The notes under the pieces were generated by a model, which was given only the letters and a program-made list of their open reading frames with translations, did not search any database and was not told where the DNA came from. From assembly GCA_029856155.1 (NCBI GenBank), contig JAHQWL010000025.1, positions 1 to 54,079 of the forward strand: 54,079 nt of DNA. Direction: 5' to 3'. Below, in pieces: positions 30,900 through 39,977 of this stretch. Numbering within the stretch: the first letter of the stretch is position 1; every line of letters starts with the position of its first letter. The DNA is from Promethearchaeia archaeon. GTDB taxonomy: Archaea > Asgardarchaeota > Lokiarchaeia > Sigyniarchaeales > SOKP01. The translations under genes were made by a program, and so were the position numbers.

Positions 30900-31232
30900 A
30901 TGAGTTTTGATGAATTTGATGAAGATTTAGGTGGAAATGAACCTGTAAAATCTAAAACTCCTGCAAGTAAAACCCCTTCTGCAGGAAAAAAATTAACACT
31001 ATATTTTATGTCGACCATAGGCCCTGGTGAAAAGAAAGAAAAATTAACTGTGAATGACAGTAATCACGTAAATGATATTAAGCATACATTAGGAAATTTA
31101 TACGGACTTGATCCTAACGATTTTCATTTATCCTCTGGTGGAGTTACTATGGATGAGAATAGTTCATTAAGAGACTATGATGTTAATAATGGTGATGATA
31201 TTCTTTTAATCCCCGCAAGTACTGCAGGGTAG
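30900..31232 (+). CDS. Ubiquitin-fold protein with acidic N-terminal extension, ending in ...STAG
   Basis: 'LTV..SNHVNDIK..LG..YGLDP.DFHL..GG..MDE..SLRDYDV..GD.ILLI' beta-grasp ubiquitin pattern; terminal Gly. Confidence 0.85.
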   Translation: MSFDEFDEDLGGNEPVKSKTPASKTPSAGKKLTLYFMSTIGPGEKKEKLTVNDSNHVNDIKHTLGNLYGLDPNDFHLSSGGVTMDENSSLRDYDVNNGDDILLIPASTAG

Positions 31233-31253
31233 AATTTTATTCTCAATTTTTCA

Positions 31254-31265
31254 TTTTTTTTTTTT
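31254..31265 (+). terminator. Oligo-T terminator
   Basis: T12 run downstream of the ubiquitin-like gene. Confidence 0.45.
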
Positions 31266-31408
31266 ATGTAATAATAAGATATCAACAATAATTATTCAAT
31301 TAATTAATTAAAATTTAATAGAACCTCTATAATCTTTTTTTAATTGAGAGTATTTTTTTTAAAATCAAAAAAAAAAGATTTTGAATTTTAAGTTTTAACA
31401 CTGTTTTT

Positions 31409-31702
31409 CTAAATCCTAGTATTCACTTTTGAAAACCCTAATATCTTCCCACAAAAAGGACAGTGGAACATTTTCTCACCATCATGTACTTCGCCTATAA
31501 AGCCTTTAACGCGCTTACGACCCTTCTTATCTAATTCCATTAAAAAAAAATCATGTAAATGAAGTTCCTTTTCGCAATATGGACATTTAGGGCTTATTCG
31601 AGGATGTAAAGTAAAATCAAATCCACAGTTGGGACAGATTTGATCATCTATATCTACTCCTCTTCCACATTCTTCACAACCTTTGTAAAAATAAAAAGCC
31701 AT
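31409..31702 (-). CDS. Double zinc-ribbon protein, paralogue A
   Basis: Four CxxC pairs; close paralogue of 32841-33131. Confidence 0.85.
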   Translation of the reverse strand: MAFYFYKGCEECGRGVDIDDQICPNCGFDFTLHPRISPKCPYCEKELHLHDFFLMELDKKGRKRVKGFIGEVHDGEKMFHCPFCGKILGFSKVNTRI

Positions 31703-31726
31703 AATATTCTCAATTTGTTTTATTAA

Positions 31727-31798
31727 TTATTGAATTTCAAATTATTACAACTAAGTATAATGTAACTTCAATTCATATAGATTTTATAAAAATTTTAA
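31727..31798. promoter_or_regulatory. Conserved upstream block, copy A, with TTGAA-T-TTCAA palindrome
   Basis: Gap-free similarity to 33155-33226. Confidence 0.65.
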
Positions 31799-32004
31799 CT
31801 TAATTTATTATCACACTCCTCTTGGAATAAGTAATAGTGCAATGCCAAGCAAGGATTGAGTGCTTAAAAAATCATACATAAATATTTTTATACAAATATC
31901 TTTTTAATATTATATGCAAATCCTTAATTATCAATTTTATTCAATATAATGCTTTTATTTATAAGGATTATAAGATAAAAAGAGGATAAACTAAACGAAA
32001 AGAA

Positions 32005-32682
32005 ATGAAAAAGTACAAACCTATTTTAGTATTGGTTATTGGGTGTCTAATCCCTTTATTATTTACTGCGACAATTCCCTATGCTTTACCTACAAGATTA
32101 CACCTTAATTCACGTAAATCAACAGAACATAGTTGGAGTTTTGAAATTAAATTATATCTAATAAGTTTAGAAGAAGGCTCTCAGTATACAATTGATGTAG
32201 ATATTGACGCATTTTGGGGTATGGATATATCATTAAGAATAGCAGAAACACCTTATATGATAAATGGATTTTCAGTTGATAGTGGATCAAATACAGGAGA
32301 AGTAATGCATTTCACCGCATCTAAAACTGGAGTTTATTATATTCAAATGAAAGTTATGTCTGGTTCAGGGTTTTATGATATAATTGTAGAATCAGGATCA
32401 ACTACCCCCGCTACAGGAGCAACTCTTGAATTTTTTGATATTTCGTATTTATTAGTTCTAATATTACCTAGTATATTTATCATCATCGTAGGATTAATAC
32501 TCCTAAGAAGACGTGCTTCTATGCCAGAAAAAAAACCTATTATTAGTATCTATAAGAAATGGGATAAACCAAAGCAAGAAGTTATAGTTGAAAAAGAAGA
32601 ATTAATGATCTGTGAATACTGTGGAAGTGAAATCAAAAAATCCCTTAAAAAATGTCCACATTGTAATACGACGCTAAATTAA
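32005..32682 (+). CDS. Signal peptide + PPC-like beta domain + TM + cytoplasmic zinc ribbon
   Basis: 'LEEGSQYTIDV...E.MHFTASKTGVYYIQ', TM helix, 'CEYCG...CPHC'. Confidence 0.8.
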   Translation: MKKYKPILVLVIGCLIPLLFTATIPYALPTRLHLNSRKSTEHSWSFEIKLYLISLEEGSQYTIDVDIDAFWGMDISLRIAETPYMINGFSVDSGSNTGEVMHFTASKTGVYYIQMKVMSGSGFYDIIVESGSTTPATGATLEFFDISYLLVLILPSIFIIIVGLILLRRRASMPEKKPIISIYKKWDKPKQEVIVEKEELMICEYCGSEIKKSLKKCPHCNTTLN

Positions 32683-32840
32683 AATAATTTTACTTTATCT
32701 TTTATTATCATTTGTTCGATAAATCAAGTTTAGAATAGGGAAAAAAGGATTTTCATTAATTAATGCCCCAAGTTATACTTACAAGATTTTGTATGAATAT
32801 AGAAAAAAAAATAGAAAATTTAAATTTTAGGTCTTATTTG

Positions 32841-33131
32841 CTATGTTCCCCTAGCTGCATCTGAGAACCCTAATATTTTTCCGCATAAAGGACAATACCA
32901 CATCTTCCTATAAAAACCCATCTTCTCACCTATAAATCCTACAACGCGCATATGACCCTTTTTGTCTAACCTTGTGGTGTAAAAATCATGCAAATGAAGT
33001 TCCTTTTCGCAATATGGACATTTTGGTATTACCTGAGGATGTGAAGAAAAATCATATCCACATTTAGAACAAACTTGGTCCTCAATAGGTACTGATCTTC
33101 CACATTCCCAACAATCTTTTGTAAAAGACAT
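32841..33131 (-). CDS. Double zinc-ribbon protein, paralogue B
   Basis: Shares 'PKCPYCEKELHLHDF', 'LDKKG', 'GFIGE' and 'CGKILGFS' with 31409-31702. Confidence 0.85.
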   Translation of the reverse strand: MSFTKDCWECGRSVPIEDQVCSKCGYDFSSHPQVIPKCPYCEKELHLHDFYTTRLDKKGHMRVVGFIGEKMGFYRKMWYCPLCGKILGFSDAARGT

Positions 33132-33154
33132 TTTTTCTCGTTTTAGTTAATCAT

Positions 33155-33226
33155 TTATTGAATTTCAAAATACTACAAGTAATTATGAAGTAATTTCAAT
33201 TTAAATAGGTTTTACAGAAATTATAA
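33155..33226. promoter_or_regulatory. Conserved upstream block, copy B, with TTGAA-T-TTCAA palindrome
   Basis: Gap-free similarity to 31727-31798. Confidence 0.65.
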
Positions 33227-33332
33227 AATTTCTAATTTTATTCATTACAATGATCTTTTTTTTGTTCATCTGCAAGAACTGTAAGGAATGTTTTTGAAAA
33301 TTATTTAATAATTACTGTATGTTAGTTATTAA

Positions 33333-33743
33333 TTGATGCTAGATATTATTCTTATTCAACATGTTGATACTGGATTAAATCTTCTCGAGTATCACCAAGA
33401 TCATACACAGTTTAATGTAGAACATTCAGCCATCTTTAGTGGCTTTTTAAACGCGATTCAATCTATTATGTCTAAGGAACTTGATATTGGGACTGTTATC
33501 TTAATCTCAACTAAAGGTAAAAGGGGACATAATTGTATAATTATTCCAAGACCTCCTATTAGCGTTACAATTCTCTGTGATCAAGAAGATCCCATTGATC
33601 TCTGGAGAGAATTTGGAGAAGAAGTTGCAGAAAGTTTCTTGGAGACGTATGGCAAAGATTTTAATCAACATAAAGTTGATCAGTTTAAAAAATTCGCAGA
33701 GGTTATAAAGGAAATGTGCATGGGAAGTAAATACTGTGAATAA
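33333..33743 (+). CDS. Longin-like domain protein
   Basis: 'IILIQH..TGLNLLEY...IFSGFLNAIQSI..EL.IG.V..I...VAESFLETYG.....VDQFKKF'. Confidence 0.75.
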   Translation: MMLDIILIQHVDTGLNLLEYHQDHTQFNVEHSAIFSGFLNAIQSIMSKELDIGTVILISTKGKRGHNCIIIPRPPISVTILCDQEDPIDLWREFGEEVAESFLETYGKDFNQHKVDQFKKFAEVIKEMCMGSKYCE

Positions 33744-33803
33744 TTAGTATGCTATTTTTCTAATATTTAGTAGCGGAATTAAAGGTAAATAGAATAACTT
33801 TTT

Positions 33804-34100
33804 TCAATACAAAGATTGTTGAACAAGTACTTTCCACTCTAATAACCAATTTTGGAGTCTCTCGATATTTTGGAAAGGATAATTTGTCTGAATCTAAATA
33901 TATCTATCAGCTATGTCTTTATTGGCTAGCAACTCGTCAATTTGTTCTAAAACTAAAATTGCATCGTTTTTTGACACCTATAGTTTTATTCTCTCCAAAG
34001 TTATATTAAAAAAATCGTTATCACAACCGCATCCTGGATAACAATCAATTGTGGATAACATCAAATCCTATAATGGCAATTTTATCAGATCTTTTGTCAT
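33804..34100 (-). pseudogene. 98-codon frame with three in-frame TAG codons (pseudogene or recoded gene)
   Basis: MTKDLIKLPL*DLMLSTIDCYPGCGCDNDFFNITLERIKL*VSKNDAILVLEQIDELLANKDIADRYI*IQTNYPFQNIERLQNWLLEWKVLVQQSLY(TGA); no frameshift needed; fills most of the intergenic gap. Confidence 0.55.
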
Positions 34101-34197
34101 TATTTAGAGAAATCTAGCTTCATTAAATTTTTTTTATAAAAAACAATTAAAATTTCCGTAATTAAAAAAAAAATAAATAATAAAAAATTTAATAGGA

Positions 34198-34632
34198 TTA
34201 TTCTCTTTTTCTCATCTTAACAAGGATAATGAGAAAGAATATAAAAGCGAGTAGTGAGGGGATTACGCTCCCATAAAACCCTGCCTCAGGCCACCATTCG
34301 TGACCAGAAAATTCATCATATGCAATACCAAGTCCGGCAAGTCCCAATATAAATACTACTAAGGGGAGAATAACTCCAAGTATCATGATTTTTCTATTCA
34401 AACGTTCTGGAACGGCAATCGTAATAAGAGCAAGTAAAGCACATAGGATCATGAATACCGCAGCAACAATAATTAACGAGCCTTGATCTCCCACACCAGC
34501 GACAACGTAAACATAAATTCCATAACCCCAATAAGCGCCAAAAATAGGACTTACAAGCATAAGTATCGCACTAGTTAGGCTAGCAGCAAAAGCCAAAAAA
34601 GCACTAATTCTAATTCCTAAATCTTCAACCAT
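34198..34632 (-). CDS. 4-TM membrane protein
   Basis: Four TM helices, 'WWPEAGFYG', basic tail; SD GGTGA. Confidence 0.8.
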   Translation of the reverse strand: MVEDLGIRISAFLAFAASLTSAILMLVSPIFGAYWGYGIYVYVVAGVGDQGSLIIVAAVFMILCALLALITIAVPERLNRKIMILGVILPLVVFILGLAGLGIAYDEFSGHEWWPEAGFYGSVIPSLLAFIFFLIILVKMRKRE

Positions 34633-34794
34633 ATTGATTTCACCAAATTATAAGATATTTTTACGATAATTAAGATGATATTCTTTAAAAAGGTTTTTTT
34701 AGAGAATTAGTAGGTCGAAATATCTTTTTAAAATTCTTATTGAGTATAATCTTTACATACTATTTTAATTCTTTTTCTTCTTAAGAGATTAATT

Positions 34795-36165
34795 CTATTT
34801 CATATAATCATTGAACTCTGGTATAAATCCTTTTTTCATTAGTATTTTTAATTCCGAATGAGAATTTTCAATTAATTTCTTTGCTGTTGAATACAATTCG
34901 TCTTCTGAAAGTTTAAAACGAGCAATTCCTTGTTCAATCGCTTTCAAACCAGTAGCAACGGCTTCTCTAATGAATAATTCTTCATATTCCATGGTTGGAA
35001 GAATACATGTCTCTATTAAACAACCTTTAATCTCATCAACTAAATTTGCTAGAGCATAAGAAGCCGCAATACACATCTCATCAGTAATAGTTTTTGCACA
35101 TACATCTAAGGTTCCTCTAAAAACTCCAGGGAAACACAGAGAATTATTTACTTGATTTGGAAAATCTGATCGTCCTGTTCCTACAATTCGAGCACCAGCT
35201 TCTAATGCATCCCACGGAAATATTTCAGGAATTGGGTTAGCTAATACGAAGACTATAGCGTCATCAGCCATTTTCGAAATCCATTCCTTCTTAATAACAT
35301 TAGGACCTGGAATACTAGAAGATATAAGAATATCAGCTCCCTCCATTGCTAAACCACAATCACCTTGCAATTGTTCTGGATTACTATAATCAATTAATTC
35401 ATACTTATAATCTTTAGAATCTTCTAAATCGGACCTTCCTTGATATAAAATTCCTTTTGAATCAACAAACAAAAATTTTTTTAAATTGAAACCATCTGCT
35501 TTTAATAATCGATATATTCCGAAATTTGCTGAACCAACTCCATTAAAGACAATTTTCACATCATCTTTTTTCTTTCCTACAATTCGTAATGAATTTATCA
35601 ATCCTGCTAGTACTACACAAGCTGTTCCTTGCTGATCATCGTGCCATACAGGTATTTTCATTTCTGGATCCGCACGTAATCCATCTAAAACAGAGAAACA
35701 TTTAGGTTTCTCAATATCTTCTAAATTAATACCTCCAAATGTAGGCTGAATCATTTTAACAAACTCAATAATTTGTTCAGCCTCACAACATTGATCTTTA
35801 CCAATGCATAAAGGAATGGCATCAACTCCCCCTAAATATTTGAACAACATAGATTTACCCTCCATTACGGGTAAAGCTGCTTCAGGACCAATATCTCCAA
35901 GGCCTAAGACTCTTGTTCCATCACTTACAATCGCTATAGAGTTCCATTTATTAGTATAATCATATACTTTCTGCACATCATTAAAAATTTCATTAGATGG
36001 TGCAGACACACCTGGAGAATACCAAATTGCAAAGTCACTATAATCTCGAATTTGACAACGAGGAAGTATCTGTATTTTACCTCTATAGAACTTATGCATT
36101 TTGATTGCATTAATCCCAGGAATTTTGGATTTTCTTAAAAGATCTTCTTTAGATACTTTTTTCAT
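34795..36165 (-). CDS. mae: NAD(P)-dependent malic enzyme
   Basis: 'YSPGV', '[24 protein letters not shown]', 'GGINLEDI', 'HDDQQGT', 'ANPIPEI', '[11 protein letters not shown]'. Confidence 0.97.
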   Translation of the reverse strand: MKKVSKEDLLRKSKIPGINAIKMHKFYRGKIQILPRCQIRDYSDFAIWYSPGVSAPSNEIFNDVQKVYDYTNKWNSIAIVSDGTRVLGLGDIGPEAALPVMEGKSMLFKYLGGVDAIPLCIGKDQCCEAEQIIEFVKMIQPTFGGINLEDIEKPKCFSVLDGLRADPEMKIPVWHDDQQGTACVVLAGLINSLRIVGKKKDDVKIVFNGVGSANFGIYRLLKADGFNLKKFLFVDSKGILYQGRSDLEDSKDYKYELIDYSNPEQLQGDCGLAMEGADILISSSIPGPNVIKKEWISKMADDAIVFVLANPIPEIFPWDALEAGARIVGTGRSDFPNQVNNSLCFPGVFRGTLDVCAKTITDEMCIAASYALANLVDEIKGCLIETCILPTMEYEELFIREAVATGLKAIEQGIARFKLSEDELYSTAKKLIENSHSELKILMKKGFIPEFNDYMK

Positions 36166-36445
36166 AAGAACAATAAAATTCCTCTAAATTATAATGAATT
36201 TGATTATATTATATAAATTCATTTATTAAATCTATTACTTTTTCACTGATTTAAATACTGAAAGCGTCTTTTGGAGCATAAAGATTTAGAATATTTAGAC
36301 TTTTAATTTGAGTATGGTGCCTCTTCATCATCAAAAATATGTTTAACATTATAGATTACAAAAATAACCAGATTTATTATTAAAATATCATCAGAGAAAA
36401 GAAAATTAGAGAAAAGGTTAAGAAAGACTAAAAATTTTTTTATAA

Positions 36446-36627
36446 TACACACTGATTCTTCATCTTTTTTAAAGTACACACTTAAAAAAAATATGATAGA
36501 TTATGATTAGAGCGCTTTTAATCACAATATTCACATTTTTTCATTATGCAGTACACACTTTTGATCCACAACATTTAAATATGATAGTACACACTTTATG
36601 ATCAGAGAATAAAAAATTATACACACT
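36446..36627 (+). repeat. Five direct repeats of TACACACT (consensus AGTACACACTT); probable operator or centromere-like array
   Basis: Copies at 36446, 36475, 36552, 36588 and 36620 (spacings 29, 77, 36, 32), all in the same orientation. Confidence 0.8.
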
Positions 36628-36672
36628 CAAAAAAAATATTAAAAAAAAATAAAAAAATGGTGGAAAAAAAAA

Positions 36673-36756
36673 ATGGAAAATAGTTATGAATCTTATAAGA
36701 ACGTTAAGGCCCATTTTGACGCGAAAAGAGCGGATATTGGTAAAATGTATTTCTAA
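36673..36756 (+). CDS. 27-aa micropeptide (not in the ORF track)
   Basis: MENSYESYKNVKAHFDAKRADIGKMYF; SD-like GGTGG upstream; T-rich tract downstream. Confidence 0.5.
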   Translation: MENSYESYKNVKAHFDAKRADIGKMYF

Positions 36757-36853
36757 ATACAATTTTTTTTATTTTTTTATCACAATAATCAAAAAAATTA
36801 AATTATTATAAACTTAAGATTTGGAAAAGAAGAAATAATTGGAGGTTAAAAAA

Positions 36854-36952
36854 ATGAATAAAACAGAAAGTAAAGAAAAAGGATATATAAATATTAAAGC
36901 CATAAAAGCCAAAATAAACACGAAATCAGGGTATTTTAGACTATTATTTTAA
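36854..36952 (+). CDS. 32-aa micropeptide (not in the ORF track)
   Basis: MNKTESKEKGYINIKAIKAKINTKSGYFRLLF; strong SD GGAGGT 7 nt upstream; ends 11 nt before the bactofilin start. Confidence 0.55.
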   Translation: MNKTESKEKGYINIKAIKAKINTKSGYFRLLF

Positions 36953-36963
36953 ATAATAAGGAG

Positions 36964-37659
36964 GTGGGTAAAAATAATATGAAAATTTCTGGATCAGGAA
37001 CACTTTCCGAGGGAAAAATAAATGATGAGATAAGGATTTCAGGTTCCGCTAAAATAAAGGGAAATTTTGAATGTAATGGGTTTGATTCATCTGGTTCTAT
37101 GAGGGGCGCAGGGAATTTGACAGTTCATGGTGATATCGCAAATTCTGGGTCATTTAGACTTATAGGAAACCTTTATGGAGATGGCAATCTCAAATCGTCT
37201 GGCTCAATGTCAGTTGACGGGGAAGTGTTAATTAAGGGAAAACTTCATAGTTCAGGTTCATTTAGAGCAGGAATGAAGGTTGAAGCTATTGATGGTTTTA
37301 AAAGTTCAGGCTCAGCAAGAGTTCAAGGTGACCTTTTAACTCTAGAAAGTGTAATTATTTCAGGTTCAAGCACAATTTATGGAAATGTTAGTGGAACTGA
37401 TGTGATTATTGGTCGTCGAGGGTTTGGTATCAATATATATAAACATTCTAATAAAGTATCTGGTACCATATTAGCAAGAAATAATATTGAGCTTATGAAA
37501 CTTCTTGTTGATGGGGACGTTAAAGGTCGAGATGTGATAATAGGTAGAAATACAGAGGTTTTGGGAACAGTATACTATGTTGATAGTATTGACATTCATG
37601 ATAAAACCATTTTAGTGAATAAACCAGTTCAAATTAAGGAAGAGGATTTGCATTATTAG
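36964..37659 (+). CDS. Bactofilin / polymer-forming cytoskeletal beta-helix protein (YhbE/YhbF-like)
   Basis: Repeated 'ISGS..I.G', 'SSGS...G.L' beta-helix rungs; C-terminal 'V.GRDVIIG.NT.V...VYY.DSI.IH'. Confidence 0.85.
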   Translation: MGKNNMKISGSGTLSEGKINDEIRISGSAKIKGNFECNGFDSSGSMRGAGNLTVHGDIANSGSFRLIGNLYGDGNLKSSGSMSVDGEVLIKGKLHSSGSFRAGMKVEAIDGFKSSGSARVQGDLLTLESVIISGSSTIYGNVSGTDVIIGRRGFGINIYKHSNKVSGTILARNNIELMKLLVDGDVKGRDVIIGRNTEVLGTVYYVDSIDIHDKTILVNKPVQIKEEDLHY

Positions 37660-37700
37660 AAATTAATAAAAATTAAGCATTAAAAAAAGAAGGAATCAAA

Positions 37701-38624
37701 ATGTCGAATGAAGAAAAATGGAATGAAAAAGAAGAAAGAGAAGAAGAGAGGAGTAAGGTTAGATGGGAGTTAAATGATCTTCGAGATGAGCTTATGTTTG
37801 AGTTAGACGATTTACATGATGATTTAAAGGATGTAATTGACGATTTAAAAGATGAAGCAGAGGATATTAAAGATGATTTAAGGGATGAACTGGAAGATCT
37901 TATGGAAGAACGAGAATCCTTACTTGATGAAGTCGGTAATATAAAAGGAGATTTAGAATATTACGGAGATGATGCAAGAGAGCAAATTGATCATGCAAAA
38001 GAGAAGCTTGAACGATTAAAAGAGAAAATTGAAAAACATGAAGCGAAATTTTCCGAAAAAGTTAGAAAAAAAGTGGAAAAAGCAAAAAAGAAAGCAGCAA
38101 GGATAAATATTTCTGTTGATCCTGATATGAGTGAAGAATGGAGAGGTTGGGCAGAAGGATTAGGTGCTTCAGTATCAGAGTTGGTTCGAAAGTCAATGAA
38201 ATTTGTAAAAAATAATATTGGTGATATCGGAAAATTAGAAAGGTTAGGTAGCAAATTGGAGCTAATGGGAGAAGATATAGAAAAAGCAGTAAAAAATTCT
38301 GGTATACAGGAAATTGGGGAAGAACTTGAAAAAAAGTTTGGAAAAAAGAAAGGTAAACCAAAAATGAGGATGGCAATTAATCTGGAACCTGATATTAAAG
38401 AAAGGATTAAAAAGAGGGTTATTGGATTAGTCAAACTCCACAAAAGTTTACCCCTCGATAAATTTGCTCAAGCATTAGATAAATCAAAGCAAGATGCTGA
38501 GAATATAGTTTATGAGATGGTAGCGGATGGTATTGAGGGTACTTTAGAGGAAGGTGTATTCAAATTCACGAGCACATCAGAAGAAGTTATTTCAAAACTG
38601 AGTGAATTAATTGATAAAATATAA
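37701..38624 (+). CDS. Acidic coiled-coil + ribbon-helix-helix + PCI/winged-helix-like protein
   Basis: D/E/L heptads over about 130 aa; RHH 'RINISVDPDMSEEWRGWAEGLGASVSELVRKSM'; C-terminal 'SLPLDKFAQALDKSKQDAENIVYEMVADGIEGTLE'. Confidence 0.75.
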   Translation: MSNEEKWNEKEEREEERSKVRWELNDLRDELMFELDDLHDDLKDVIDDLKDEAEDIKDDLRDELEDLMEERESLLDEVGNIKGDLEYYGDDAREQIDHAKEKLERLKEKIEKHEAKFSEKVRKKVEKAKKKAARINISVDPDMSEEWRGWAEGLGASVSELVRKSMKFVKNNIGDIGKLERLGSKLELMGEDIEKAVKNSGIQEIGEELEKKFGKKKGKPKMRMAINLEPDIKERIKKRVIGLVKLHKSLPLDKFAQALDKSKQDAENIVYEMVADGIEGTLEEGVFKFTSTSEEVISKLSELIDKI

Positions 38625-38668
38625 AAAAAGAGCAAATACTAAAATAATTAGGAAATTAGGGGATATTT

Positions 38669-39931
38669 ATGGCAGAATTTGCAGACGGGCACACGTTTAG
38701 GAGTTATATGTTTTTTTGGTCAGGACAGTTATTTTCATTGTTGGGGTCATTAGTGGTTTTTTTTGTAATATTTGTATGGATTACAGACGTGACTGGAAGT
38801 GCATCAATGTTAGCGTTAGGCAATTTTATCTTTTTGATTCCTATGTTAATTATTACTCCTTTTGCGGGAGTTATATCAGATCGTCATAGTCGAAAGACTA
38901 TTATTTTAATTGTAGATTCATTACAAGCATTTTTTACATTTATTTTAACTTTGATTTTTATATTCAACGCTGCTGAAGTATGGATTGTGCTTATTTTTAT
39001 AGGTATAAGGAGTGTATTTCAATCATTTCATTCACCAGTAGTAGGGGCAATAATGCCTTCTATGGTACCAAAAGATAAGTTAGGTAGAATAAATGGTATT
39101 AATTATTTTTTTACAGGACTTATTCAATTAATAGGACCTGCAGTTGGAGCAACATTATTATTCTTTTTCCCAATACAGATAGTCTTATGGGTCGATGTAA
39201 TTACCTACTTTATTGCCCTCTTCCCACTGTTACTAATTAAAATTCCTAGTGTTCATATTAATTTAGAGGGAGATGAGAGGAACTCGTTTTTCAGAGATAT
39301 GAAGGAAGGATTTGCAATATTAAAATCTATACCAGGACTCTTAAAAATTATGTTAACTGCGATGCTATTAAATATGTTACTTCAACCATTGATTGTTCTG
39401 ATGCCATATTTTATAAAGATTATACACAGTGGAAGTAATTTTACTTTAGCTATATTAGAGATGATTTTACAAGGTGGTATGATTGTAGGAGCAGTAATTC
39501 CTTCAATTAAAAAAAAATGGAATAATTCAATTAGAACCATGTTTATTGGAATTGTGATTATAAATATTGGGTATTTAATGTATGCGATTGCTCCAATTGG
39601 ATTTTATCCCGTGATAGCTTCAGGAGCTTTTGTTGTGGGTTTCATTCTACCAATTGTAAATACAATAGTAATAACAGTTGTACAAAAAACAATCCCCCAG
39701 AATAAAATGGGGAGAGTTTTTTCAATTCTTAATACGCTTTCTATGGTTGCTTCGCCTATAGGAGCAATTTTCTCAGGACCATTAAGTGAAATCTTTGGAG
39801 TGTCTTGGTTGTACTTTTATTGTGCAATGTTAGGAATAATGGTTTCACTCTCAGCCTATTTGTTCACTAATCTTCGACATATAGATTATGATAAAGAAAT
39901 AAATGGTAATAATAAAAACAAAAACGATTGA
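38669..39931 (+). CDS. MFS exporter, DHA3/MefA-like, paralogue 1
   Basis: 'FWSGQLFSLLGS', 'AGVISDRHSRK', 'MVPKDKLGRING', 'MGRVFS'. Confidence 0.93.
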   Translation: MAEFADGHTFRSYMFFWSGQLFSLLGSLVVFFVIFVWITDVTGSASMLALGNFIFLIPMLIITPFAGVISDRHSRKTIILIVDSLQAFFTFILTLIFIFNAAEVWIVLIFIGIRSVFQSFHSPVVGAIMPSMVPKDKLGRINGINYFFTGLIQLIGPAVGATLLFFFPIQIVLWVDVITYFIALFPLLLIKIPSVHINLEGDERNSFFRDMKEGFAILKSIPGLLKIMLTAMLLNMLLQPLIVLMPYFIKIIHSGSNFTLAILEMILQGGMIVGAVIPSIKKKWNNSIRTMFIGIVIINIGYLMYAIAPIGFYPVIASGAFVVGFILPIVNTIVITVVQKTIPQNKMGRVFSILNTLSMVASPIGAIFSGPLSEIFGVSWLYFYCAMLGIMVSLSAYLFTNLRHIDYDKEINGNNKNKND

Positions 39932-39977
39932 ATTAATAAAAATTAAAAAAAAAAATTAGGAAATTAGGAGATAGAAA

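Noticed and set aside
36446-36627. Repeat array as a CRISPR or mini-CRISPR
   Set aside because: Repeats are only 8-11 bp, spacing is irregular and no cas genes are present.
36544-36762. 72-aa minus-strand Phe-rich ORF
   Set aside because: It comes from poly-A tracts and overlaps the repeat array and a better-supported plus-strand micropeptide.
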